A program made the position numbers and the translations under genes. This document shows, one piece after another, positions 9,722 through 19,200 of a stretch of 64,000 nucleotides of DNA (the stretch's first letter is position 1; every line of letters begins with the position of its first letter). The stretch spans positions 65,641 to 129,640 of the forward strand of contig CBDDBE010000001.1 of the NCBI GenBank assembly GCA_965225085.1. The letters run 5' to 3'. The notes beneath the pieces were generated by a model that made no database searches, had not been told where the DNA came from, and was given only the letters and a program-made list of their open reading frames with translations. Source of the stretch: an uncultured Candidatus Saccharibacteria bacterium (lineage in GTDB: Bacteria > Patescibacteriota > Saccharimonadia > Saccharimonadales > EFPC-124).

Positions 9722-9994
9722 CTAGAAACCGTAGTATCCTGCCAGGGTCTGAAGCACCTCGTGCTCGGTTTGGCGACGCACATCGAGCGGGCTAACGCCC
9801 ACGTCGATTGCCTCACGGCAAACATGGATGGTGTGATGACGCACGCCAACCATTACGAGCTCCTCCGAAACCAGCAGGACATTGCGGCAAGCTCGCAGTG
9901 CTTCCAGGGTCGCCTGGTCCAGCTCCTTGTCGTGTACATACAGCATGAAATGCCCTGCAGGCATTACATCCACCAGCTCATATGGCCTGTCCAT
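9722..9994 (-). CDS. Small hypothetical protein (paralog B)
   Basis: 90 aa, MDRPYELVDVMPAGHFMLYVHDKELDQATLEALRACRNV... It is a tandem partner of 9328-9597. Confidence 0.45.
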   Translation of the reverse strand: MDRPYELVDVMPAGHFMLYVHDKELDQATLEALRACRNVLLVSEELVMVGVRHHTIHVCREAIDVGVSPLDVRRQTEHEVLQTLAGYYGF

Positions 9995-10087
9995 ACCTCA
10001 CCTCATTATGGATGAATCGGGATACTTCTTTAAAAACTATAAAACCAAACAAGTTTAAAATCAAATAATATACAGCTGCGGGCCCTG

Positions 10088-11311
10088 CTAACGGTTCATG
10101 AGGCTCTCGACGCCAGGCAGCTTCTCGCCCGCCATGAGGTCCAGACTAGCGCCGCCACCGGTGCTGACGTGCGTAAAGCTTCCGCCCTTCTTGGGGTCCC
10201 AATGCAGCACAAAATCAACCGTATCGCCGCCGCCGACAATGGTGGTCGTCTGGCCCTGCTGCTTGGCCAACTCGTCGGCGATGTAGGTCGAACCATTACT
10301 AAACGCAGCCACCTCGGCAACACCCATAGTGCCATTCCAGATCACCGTACCCGCACCACGCAGCAGCTCCGTCGAGCGGCTGATGGTATGCGGACCAATG
10401 TCGACAATCAACTGGTCATCGGTGACGTCAGCGACATTCACAATTGTTCGCTGCTGATCACCCTCGAGATTAGTGGTAACCGCGACGTCCGTAGGTAAGA
10501 ACAAAAACTCATCGACGGATTTTGTGCCTGCCTTGCTCAGCGCCTGGGTATAGATTTGCTGTAGGATTTGCTCCTGCCCATCCTCGTGTTTGCTTTTGCC
10601 GATGTTGTGGCCTTTGTACTGTAAAAACGTATTTGCCATAGCACCGCCGATAATCAGTTGGTCGGCCAGCTCGACAAAACGCTGGATAACTTTGATTTTG
10701 TCGCTTACCTTTGCGCCGCCCAGAATAGCCACAAGCGGGCGCTTGGGATTCTCCATCGCCGCCGTGATAGTGCTGACTTCCTTTTCGAGCAGAAGTCCAG
10801 CCACACTGGGCAGGCACCGAGTAATCGCGTCGGTGCTAGCATGGGCGCGGTGTACCACACCAAAGCCATCCTGCACGAAATATGCCGCACCGGTATCGGT
10901 GGCAAGACGACGCGCAAAGGCCTCGTCATCCGCCTCTTCCTCGGGGTGAAACCGCAGATTTTCCAGCAAGACGACCTGGCCGCTGCCCATATTCTTGACG
11001 CCCTGCACTACTTGGTCGCCAACGCATTCGGGCACAAAAGCTACCGGCTGACGCAGCAGATCAGCAAGCCGCTCAGCCACGGGCGCCAAACTGAACGCCG
11101 GATCAGGCTTGCCCTCGGGCCTACCCAAGTGCGAGCAGATCACCACCTCGCAGCCGCGGTCCAGGAGCGCACGCACCGTCGGTACTGACTGCGTAATCCG
11201 ATAATCATCGTCTACTTGACCGTTTTTTAGCGGCACGTTGTAATCAGCACGCAGCAAAACCCGCTGCCCATCCAGGGGAACATCCGTCATGGTCTTTTTG
11301 GTAAATGGCAT
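10088..11311 (-). CDS. pgk: Phosphoglycerate kinase
   Basis: LRADYNVPL is present with a full-length PGK-like layout ending in GGGDT...STGGGASL. I placed the start at ATG 11311 (MPFTKKTMTDVPLDGQRVL). Confidence 0.9.
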   Translation of the reverse strand: MPFTKKTMTDVPLDGQRVLLRADYNVPLKNGQVDDDYRITQSVPTVRALLDRGCEVVICSHLGRPEGKPDPAFSLAPVAERLADLLRQPVAFVPECVGDQVVQGVKNMGSGQVVLLENLRFHPEEEADDEAFARRLATDTGAAYFVQDGFGVVHRAHASTDAITRCLPSVAGLLLEKEVSTITAAMENPKRPLVAILGGAKVSDKIKVIQRFVELADQLIIGGAMANTFLQYKGHNIGKSKHEDGQEQILQQIYTQALSKAGTKSVDEFLFLPTDVAVTTNLEGDQQRTIVNVADVTDDQLIVDIGPHTISRSTELLRGAGTVIWNGTMGVAEVAAFSNGSTYIADELAKQQGQTTTIVGGGDTVDFVLHWDPKKGGSFTHVSTGGGASLDLMAGEKLPGVESLMNR

Positions 11312-11404
11312 AATGCCTTTATTTAAGCATAAGTTCATCAAGCTGCAAAAATCATCTTTCGATGAGTGATGTGGGCTGATTGTTGCAGCCCACATCACTA
11401 CAGC

Positions 11405-11722
11405 CTACTCAGGTGCAACAGGATGCTGCCAGCTGATACTGCCATCATCCTGAAGGATAAGCGTAGACAGCACCACCTGGCAGGTATCGTCGTGCACGAC
11501 AGCCCTTCCAGCAGCCATCTCAGAGACAAGGTCCCCAAGCTGTGCAATGACGGCGGCCTCGGTAATATGGTACTCACCCGGCTTCTGGCAGTGCCGGTAA
11601 AGCTCAGCCAAGGCCGTTTGATGGCCCCGGATAAGCTGCATCTGGATGGCCAGAAGGGTCGTATCCATAACCACTCTGTACACCTGAGCGCCAGTGCGCA
11701 GGGTTACTGCTTCGCCCGACAT
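11405..11722 (-). CDS. Small hypothetical protein
   Basis: 105-aa orphan ORF wedged between pgk and pyk. I recognise no motif. Confidence 0.4.
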   Translation of the reverse strand: MSGEAVTLRTGAQVYRVVMDTTLLAIQMQLIRGHQTALAELYRHCQKPGEYHITEAAVIAQLGDLVSEMAAGRAVVHDDTCQVVLSTLILQDDGSISWQHPVAPE

Positions 11723-11798
11723 AAAACCGCACCTCTCTTCGCGTCATGCGTGAACCGAGCAGATACATAGTAGGCCCCGCCCAACCAACATGTCAAGT

Positions 11799-13223
11799 CT
11801 ACTCAAGCACGCGCACACGAATCGTGTCGGTGCCACCCGGCACGCCTGGTTGCTGGCCAGAAACCACGACGACGGTCGCACCGGCTTCAAACGCACCGCC
11901 TGCGCGAAGTTCCTTCGCCAGGTCGTATCCGGCTGTTTCACCGTCGGGTCGCAGGAAGCTCTTGTTAGCATAGAGTAGCGTCAGTTGTTGCGCCACGCGC
12001 GGGACAGACGTGACCGATATGATAGGCATCATCGGGCGATGGCTGGCGATACTGCGCGCTGTCGCACCGGTCTTGGTCTGACAAATAATAGCTGCTGCGC
12101 CAATCTGTTGCGCCAGCGTTGTAACGGCTGAGCTGATCGAATCCTCGCGGTCTTTGCCCTCTTCGCGGTACAGTAGCGGCTGTACTGGTTCATGCTCCTG
12201 GGTATACACAATCACGCGCTTCATCGTCGAGATCGCCTCGATTGGGTACTTGCCCATGGCGCTTTCGTCGCTGAGCATCAGGCAGTCCGCACCGCTGATC
12301 ACGGCGTTCGCTATGTCGCTGACTTCTGCGCGGCTTGGCTCGGGATTCTCGACCATGCTCATGAGCATCTGTGTCGCGACGATGCTAATACGGCCGTGCT
12401 TCTGACACAGTCGCAGGATTCGACGCTGTACGATTGGTACGATCTCTGGGCTGGTTTCGACCGCCAGGTCACCGCGGGCAACCATAACTGCGTCGGAAAC
12501 TTTTACAATTGCCTCTAGGTTCTCGTCCTTGATCGCGGCTGGCGTTTCCACCTTGGCGATGACTCGCGCGTCAGAACCGTGCTTCTTCAACAGGTCCTTC
12601 AGTAGCTGCACGTCCCCGGCGCGCTGGATAAAGCTAATCGCGACATAGTCGTAGTCTTGGGTCGCTCCAAATTCGATATCGCGCAGGTCCTTTTCGGTCA
12701 AGATGTCGCCGCCAAAGTCGGTATCGGGCAGATTAATGCCCTTGCGCTTCAGGATCACCCCGTCGTTCTCGACCCGAACCCGCACCACGCCCGAACCCAT
12801 ACCCAGCACGGTGGTTCGAACTTTGCCGTCAAAGATATACAGACGCTCGCCTTCCTTCACCTTGGTACTGAGGTCGTATTGAATCGGCACGACGGTTCCA
12901 TCAAATTCGCCGTTGTAGGTAAGGCTCAGCTCCTGGCCCTTCTTGACCTCGACCGGTCCTTCAAAATCGCCCAGGCGAATCTTTGGGCCCTGCAAATCCT
13001 GCAAAATTGCAACCGGCTTGGCACACACCTCGCTGGCTTGGCGAATCCAACCAGCCCATCGCACTGCCTGCTCCTGGGTGGCATGGCTAAAGTTCAGGCG
13101 GAAGCCGTTAACGCCCGCGCGAACCATTTGCTCTATCTGTTCGTAGCTGTCGGTCGCGGGGCCAACTGTTGCCAAAATCTTTGCGCGTTTAACAAGTCGA
13201 GGTGAGTGTGTAGATGTATCCAT
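11799..13223 (-). CDS. pyk: Pyruvate kinase
   Basis: The motifs KILATVGPA, RLNFSHA and MVARGDLAVE are present. 474 aa. Confidence 0.92.
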   Translation of the reverse strand: MDTSTHSPRLVKRAKILATVGPATDSYEQIEQMVRAGVNGFRLNFSHATQEQAVRWAGWIRQASEVCAKPVAILQDLQGPKIRLGDFEGPVEVKKGQELSLTYNGEFDGTVVPIQYDLSTKVKEGERLYIFDGKVRTTVLGMGSGVVRVRVENDGVILKRKGINLPDTDFGGDILTEKDLRDIEFGATQDYDYVAISFIQRAGDVQLLKDLLKKHGSDARVIAKVETPAAIKDENLEAIVKVSDAVMVARGDLAVETSPEIVPIVQRRILRLCQKHGRISIVATQMLMSMVENPEPSRAEVSDIANAVISGADCLMLSDESAMGKYPIEAISTMKRVIVYTQEHEPVQPLLYREEGKDREDSISSAVTTLAQQIGAAAIICQTKTGATARSIASHRPMMPIISVTSVPRVAQQLTLLYANKSFLRPDGETAGYDLAKELRAGGAFEAGATVVVVSGQQPGVPGGTDTIRVRVLE

Positions 13224-13259
13224 AATTGCCTGTAGTATATCAAGCCAAGGGCAAAGTTG

Positions 13260-14009
13260 CTACTGCATGGGAGGGAACTGCGATGGAGGTTGGAGCGGTG
13301 GTAGCTGGTTCTGGCCACGACGACGGCGGACGAGGGCGAGCAGCCACCATGTACCCAGCGCTAGAAACAACGTTACACCGCCAATAGCCCACCATGCCCA
13401 TATCGGCCAACCGCCGGTATCTGCTGCGGCCGCGTTCGGCGTGCTGGTGGTCTGCGTCGGCGTGCTCGAACTTGTTGCAGCCGGGGCAATACTGACGCTG
13501 AATTCGTGTGTCGTCGTGCCGCTGCCCGGTCCGTATACGATGATTTTAACTTTGGTCGCAGGGTTTTTGGCCGTATCCCACAGCCACTTTAGCGTACCGG
13601 TTGAATCGGGTGTGCCCGTGTAAGCCAACACGCCGTCCAGATAGATCTCTGCCTTGTCGAACGTCTTACCTTCGCCATTGATTGGCGTAACCGTTATGAA
13701 GTATCCGTCAGCGGGGATAACCTGGCCGTCAGCCAAATTGATAGCGACCTCGAGGCCTGAGGCGGTCTGGACAACAGTCGATTCATTAGTTGCGGAGCTA
13801 CTTGCGGGTGTGGATGAACTGGAAGATGAGGATGAGCTACTGGAGCTGCCAGTGCTTGTCGTGTTGGCACCATACACACCGCTGCCATACACACCGCTGC
13901 CATAATTATCGGCGCGGACGGCAGCCGGGCTCACCGCCGACAGCGCAATCGCTGACACAACCAAGCTGGGCCAGAATATCGACCGAATTTTTCGAAGCAT
14001 TGAGATCAC
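13260..14009 (-). CDS. Secreted Ser-rich surface protein with a C-terminal TM anchor
   Basis: It has a signal-like N-terminus (IFWPSLVVSAIALSAVSPAAVRA), a poly-Ser linker and a beta-rich middle. The C-terminus is a W-rich TM segment followed by RRRRGQ and a Pro-rich tail. Confidence 0.6.
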   Translation of the reverse strand: MISMLRKIRSIFWPSLVVSAIALSAVSPAAVRADNYGSGVYGSGVYGANTTSTGSSSSSSSSSSSSTPASSSATNESTVVQTASGLEVAINLADGQVIPADGYFITVTPINGEGKTFDKAEIYLDGVLAYTGTPDSTGTLKWLWDTAKNPATKVKIIVYGPGSGTTTHEFSVSIAPAATSSSTPTQTTSTPNAAAADTGGWPIWAWWAIGGVTLFLALGTWWLLALVRRRRGQNQLPPLQPPSQFPPMQ

Positions 14010-14020
14010 GCTAAAGACTC

Positions 14021-14242
14021 CTATACTGATTTCTTGCCACCGGCGTACACAGACGACCCGTAAGCCATACCTGCGCCGCCGCCCATTGAGGCAGACTTAA
14101 ATGGACCCTTCGAGTCGAAGGCGTTAACGATGTTGGTTACACCTACCACTGTCAACGCTACCAGCCCCATTTGCTTCAGAAACTGCTGACGTGACATTGG
14201 CTTTTGTAATAATTCGTCTACTCGCTCTTTGATATTGTTCAT
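14021..14242 (-). CDS. Small Gly-rich exported peptide with a Tat-like signal (SRQQFLK)
   Basis: Starts at ATG 14242: MNNIKERVDELLQKPMSRQQFLKQMGLVALTVVGVTNIVNA/FDSKGPFKSASMGGGAGMAYGSSVYAGGKKSV. It matches the S-R-R-x-F-L-K consensus except that the second R is Q, and has an AxA-like VNA site. It is divergent from tatA. Confidence 0.5.
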   Translation of the reverse strand: MNNIKERVDELLQKPMSRQQFLKQMGLVALTVVGVTNIVNAFDSKGPFKSASMGGGAGMAYGSSVYAGGKKSV

Positions 14243-14421
14243 TTTTGTTTTCCCACATTTTGCTTTTTGCTTGTTGGTAGCTACATGATAGCAAGCATAG
14301 GCATAATAATGCAACACTAAATGTCTAGATTTCTAAACGTATTTTATCTTGCCATTCCATGCAGGCCACTATAGAATAATAAGAGCATAACTACTATGTG
14401 AAGAGAGGGGAAATAACAAAT

Positions 14422-14631
14422 ATGGTTGCAACTGCCGCAGAAATTTTTGGCATTGGGACTCCAGAATTGCTAGTTATTCTAGCGATCGTACTGCTTTTGT
14501 TTGGCGCCAAAAGGCTTCCAGAACTATCCAGGAGCCTGGGAACGTCAATCAAAGAGATCCGCAAAGGTGTGAACGAGGGCTTGGGCGATGAAGCGAGCAC
14601 CAAGAGCTCAGCAGACGCCAATAAATCGTAG
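14422..14631 (+). CDS. tatA: Twin-arginine translocase subunit TatA/E
   Basis: [32 protein letters not shown] is present. AGAGAGGGG lies upstream of ATG 14422 as a ribosome-binding site. Confidence 0.85.
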   Translation: MVATAAEIFGIGTPELLVILAIVLLLFGAKRLPELSRSLGTSIKEIRKGVNEGLGDEASTKSSADANKS

Positions 14632-15697
14632 ACCAGAGCAATCTTCCGTCCAGCTGACGCTCATCGATCACTTGCACGAGCTTCGTACAAGATTGTTTTG
14701 GGTGATACTGGCTTTGATTGCGGCTGCAGCGATTGGCTGCCTTGTTCAGAATCAGATCATGGCAGCCATCATGCATCCGTTGGGTGGGAGAAAGCTAGTC
14801 TATTTGACGCCGATTGGTGGGTTTAATTTTATATTCAAAGTGTCGGTCTACTTCGGCATTGGTCTTATATTGCCCATTATTATGTACCATCTGTTTCGAT
14901 TCCTCGAACCTGTCATGGGCAGGCAAAGTAGTCGGTCGGTGGTTTTCTATAGTGCAGCTTCGTTTTTACTGGCGACCGCCGGCGCGAGCTTTGCGTACTT
15001 TGGGAGCTTGCCGGCTGCGCTTAACTTCTTGACAGGGCTCAACATTCAAAATGTCTCTGCCATGCTGACTGTCGATTCGTATCTATCATTTGTCGTTACC
15101 TATGTACTCGGATTTGCGGCTCTGTTTCAGATTCCATTGATACTTATGATCATCAATACCATCAAACCGTTGCCGCCCAAAAAGCTTATGAGCTTTCAAC
15201 GCTATGTCGTGCTAGCCGCGTTCATCCTGGCCGCGATGATCTCGCCAACGCCCGACATTACCAACCAAGCTATCCTCGCCGTGCCGATTATCCTGATGTA
15301 TGAAGTTGGCGTGATAATTATATGGGCCCAAGGACGAAAGAAGGGTGTTCGGCGGATGCAGCCCACCGGCCCCATGTCTCCTGCGCCGCAGCCCATTATT
15401 CGTAAAAGAGAATCACCCGAAGTTCTTCATCCAGTTCGTCAGACAGTGGCTGCATCACCCTCTGCCCCAAAGCCCATTCAGCAGCCCGTCGCCATACAGA
15501 TGCGCGCACCTCGGCCATCCGGCCGTCCGGTTATGGATATTGCGCGGCGGCCACCCGTCCTTAGGAGTCAACCACGATCCGTCACCCCCGCTGAACGCTC
15601 TGTTAGGTCTCAGTTCCGACCATCTACCGCTATCAGGCGTGCCTCGATTGACGGCATCATCACTCGCCCAAACCAGCAGCTGCCGCAAGCCGGATAA
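14588..15697 (+). CDS. tatC: Twin-arginine translocase subunit TatC with a ~115-aa Pro/Arg-rich C-terminal extension
   Basis: [19 protein letters not shown] is followed by six hydrophobic segments typical of TatC. The start is uncertain, because 14588 overlaps tatA by 44 nt. Confidence 0.8.
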   Translation: MKRAPRAQQTPINRRPEQSSVQLTLIDHLHELRTRLFWVILALIAAAAIGCLVQNQIMAAIMHPLGGRKLVYLTPIGGFNFIFKVSVYFGIGLILPIIMYHLFRFLEPVMGRQSSRSVVFYSAASFLLATAGASFAYFGSLPAALNFLTGLNIQNVSAMLTVDSYLSFVVTYVLGFAALFQIPLILMIINTIKPLPPKKLMSFQRYVVLAAFILAAMISPTPDITNQAILAVPIILMYEVGVIIIWAQGRKKGVRRMQPTGPMSPAPQPIIRKRESPEVLHPVRQTVAASPSAPKPIQQPVAIQMRAPRPSGRPVMDIARRPPVLRSQPRSVTPAERSVRSQFRPSTAIRRASIDGIITRPNQQLPQAG

Positions 15698-15744
15698 CTC
15701 GTATATAATAAAATGCTAGCCAACTATAACTAGGAGCCACACAA

Positions 15745-16161
15745 ATGCGATCACGCCTTAACCCATACCTAAGCTTTAAGGGTAACACTCGTCAAGCGAT
15801 GGAATTTTATCAGACCGTTTTCGGTGGCGAGCTAGACCTACGCACCTTCGACGAGCTTCATGCAGCCCAGGACCCCAGCGAAGGCAACCTTATTATGCAT
15901 GCCGTGCTGACCACCAACAACGACCTTACGCTCATGGCCGCCGACCTTCCTAAAGGTCTTGAATACAAGCCAGGCACCAACGTCACCCTATCGCTCAGCG
16001 GCGAGAACGAAACAGAGCTACGAGGCTACTGGGATAAACTGGTGGAAGGCGCAACCATAACACAGCCGCTGGAAAAAGCCCAGTGGGGCGATACCTTCGG
16101 CATGCTTACCGACAAGTTCGGAACCCTTTGGATGATGAACATCACCGCTCCAAAGCAGTAA
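15745..16161 (+). CDS. VOC-superfamily protein (PhnB/YjdN-like)
   Basis: NPYLSFKGNTRQAMEFYQTVFGG ... WGDTFGMLTDKFGTLWMMN fits the PhnB-like glyoxalase fold family. Confidence 0.7.
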   Translation: MRSRLNPYLSFKGNTRQAMEFYQTVFGGELDLRTFDELHAAQDPSEGNLIMHAVLTTNNDLTLMAADLPKGLEYKPGTNVTLSLSGENETELRGYWDKLVEGATITQPLEKAQWGDTFGMLTDKFGTLWMMNITAPKQ

Positions 16162-16241
16162 ATCCCAAAGAGTTCAGATGGTGACGATGGTCACTGCTTT
16201 TTCCTGGCAGAGTCGCTAGGCTACAAGCAGGACTTTTTACC

Positions 16242-19200
16242 GTGCCAACAGCGAACAGAAATTACAAGCGCGCGTCAATCATGATCGTGATCCTGCTGCT
16301 TCTTATTGCCGGATCGTCCTTTGTGCTCACGAACGGCATACGTCCATTTTCGCTCCTTGCCCAGACTACTAACAATTCGACCAATACTAACGTTACTATC
16401 CCCAAAAATAGCATCACTGGCGATCAAATAGCCCAGCACACCCTCACTGATCTGGCTTTTTCGCAATCATTTTTGGACTGGAAGAATAACACCACCAGCA
16501 ACCTCACCGCCCAAAACGCGCAGACAACCAAGCTCACACAGCTATTCAATAGTAAGCCCATCACCCTACCGTTAGGTAGCATATCGCTTAAAAACCTAGG
16601 CTCTGACGTACTCGGTGCACTTGATAACACCAGTACAAATGTTACCAATGTCATATCGACCGCACTCACCGACGGATCAGTACTGACCAGCTCGCTGGCG
16701 GACGGCGCAGTTACGACCCTAAAATTAGCCGACAACGCTATTACCAGCACCAAGATCGCCGCCGGGTCTATTCTGGATGGCGCCTTAGCGGCACACACCA
16801 TCACGAATGCCTCGATTGCCGCCGGTGCGGTGACGGCCACAGAGCTAGCCGCTGGGTCCGTCACCAATACGGCGATTGCGCTGGGGGCGGTGGGAATCAG
16901 TCAGCTAGCAGATGGTAGCGTCACGTCAGCCAAGATACAGGACGGCGGCGTCGGCACATTGGACATCGCAAGCGGCGCAATCACACACACGCTCCTCAGC
17001 ATGCATGTTGTTGACGCCACAAATATTACCGACGGAGCTATCGGAGCAACTCAACTAGCCGATGGGGCCATTACCAATATCAAACTCGGAGCAAATAGCG
17101 TATCTGCGGCAAATATAATCGATGGAGCGATAGACACGAACGATATCGCTTCAGGGGCTATCACCAGCCCCTTATTGGCTTCAAGCTCGGTCACCAGCTC
17201 CGCGCTAGCAGCTAATGCCGTGGGCACCGGCCAGCTTGCCGACAACGCCGTCACCAACGCCAAGCTCGGTGCGAGCAGCGTAGGCACGACCAACCTTATG
17301 GATGGTGGCATTACCAGTGCCAAAATTTTGGACGGAACGATCAACACAAGTGACATCGCAAATAGCGCAATTACGAGCGGGCTTATATCGGTAGGGGCGA
17401 TTGGCACCAATCAGCTCGCACCCGATGCGGTCACCAGCTCCAGAATCCTGGATGGGGCCATAAGTACGGCTGATATTGCCAGTGGGGCCATCACCAATAG
17501 CCTGCTGGGTGCAAACGCCGTCGATACCTCGCAGCTGGCCGACGGCAGCGTGACATCGGCCAAGATACTTGATGGGGCCATTGCGACTGGCGATATCGCT
17601 TCGGGGGCGATTACCAATGCCAAGATCGCCAGTGGGGCAGTGACTGGCGGCCTCATCGCCGCAGGCACAATCACTGGCAGCAATATTTCGCTCGGAACTA
17701 TCAGCGACAGCTTGCTAGCCGCGCACACTATCACGAATGCCTCGATTGCCGCTGGCACCATAACAGCAACCGAGCTCGGAGCAGGAGTTGTGGGCGCCGC
17801 CCAGATTGCCGATGGCAGCATAACCAGTGCCAAAATTTTGGATGGAACAATTGCCGCAGCCGATATCGCCAATGGAGCGATCAACACCGTGCAGCTGGTC
17901 GATGGCAGCGTGACATCGGCAAAAATCCTCGATGGCACGATCAACACTGGCGACATCGCGAGTGGAGCGATCGGGGCGGCCCAACTGGCTACCGATGCCG
18001 TAACGGGCGCCAAGATATTGGACGGAACCATCGGTTCGGGCGATATCGGGACGGGTGCGGTGACAAGCGGCAGCATTCTGGATGGGGCGATTACCAATGC
18101 CGACATCAGCTCGTCGGCGGCCATTGCAGCTAGCAAGCTCACCGGAGTCTTGCTAAGCAATCCGAGTACGTCGCAAACTCTGACGTACGGAGGACCAACA
18201 GTCCAAACAATCATCCAAATGGCCAACGGACAGAGTGCGGCGCCACTCAGCATCCAAAACAGCAGCGCTAGCCAGTTATTCTCCATCCTGCCCACGGGCC
18301 TCATTGGCACACCCTCGGTTGATTCTACTAGCATTGTAGACGGCGCAATTGGCACGGCGGACATTGCAACTGGCGCGATTACCGGCTCGACGATTGCCGC
18401 CAACGCCATCGGTACGACGCAGCTAGCGGATAGCAGCGTCAACAGCGCAAAGATCATCGACGGCACCATTGCGGCTGGCGACATCGCGAACAGCGCCGTT
18501 GGCACATCGCAACTAGCCGACAGCGGCATAACATCAGCCAAAATCCTGGACGGGACAATCAGCGCCGCCGATGTAGCGACAGGAGCCATCGGAACAACCC
18601 AGCTGACAGACGGCGCAATTACCGGCTCCAAGTTGGGCACGTCCAGCGTCGGTACGGCCAACCTCGCCGACAGTTCAGTCACGAGCGCCAAAATCCTGGA
18701 TGGAGCCATTGCGACCAGCGATATCGCCAGCGGTGCGATCACCAGTGCGTCCATCCTGGATGGCAGCATCGCAACCGCCGATATTGCAAACAATGCCATC
18801 ACGAGTGCCTTGATCGCATCAAATGCTGTCGGGACAACGCAGCTGGCTGACAGCAGCGTGACGAGTGCAAAAATCCTGGACGGTACTATTGCCGCGACCG
18901 ACATAGTGAATGGCGCGATTGGCACTGCCCAACTGACGGATGGAAGCGTTACCTCCGCCAAGATCCTTGATGGAACGATCGCCGCCGCAGACATTGCCAC
19001 GGGCGCCATTACCAACAGCGCTATTCTGGATGGGACAATAACCGACGCCGACATCAGCTCGTCGGCTGCTATTGCCGCCAGCAAGCTCACTGGCGTGCTG
19101 GTGACCAGCCCTGCTTCATCGCAAACCTTGGCATATGGCGGACCGACCGTACAGACCATCATCCAGATGGCGAGCGGACAGAGTGCCGCGCCATTCAGCG

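Noticed and set aside
14588-14631. 44-nt tatA/tatC overlap as possible programmed coupling or recoding
   Set aside because: It is more simply explained by an uncertain tatC start. The conserved TatC N-terminus (LIDHLHELR) begins after the tatA stop, and a non-ATG start may be used.
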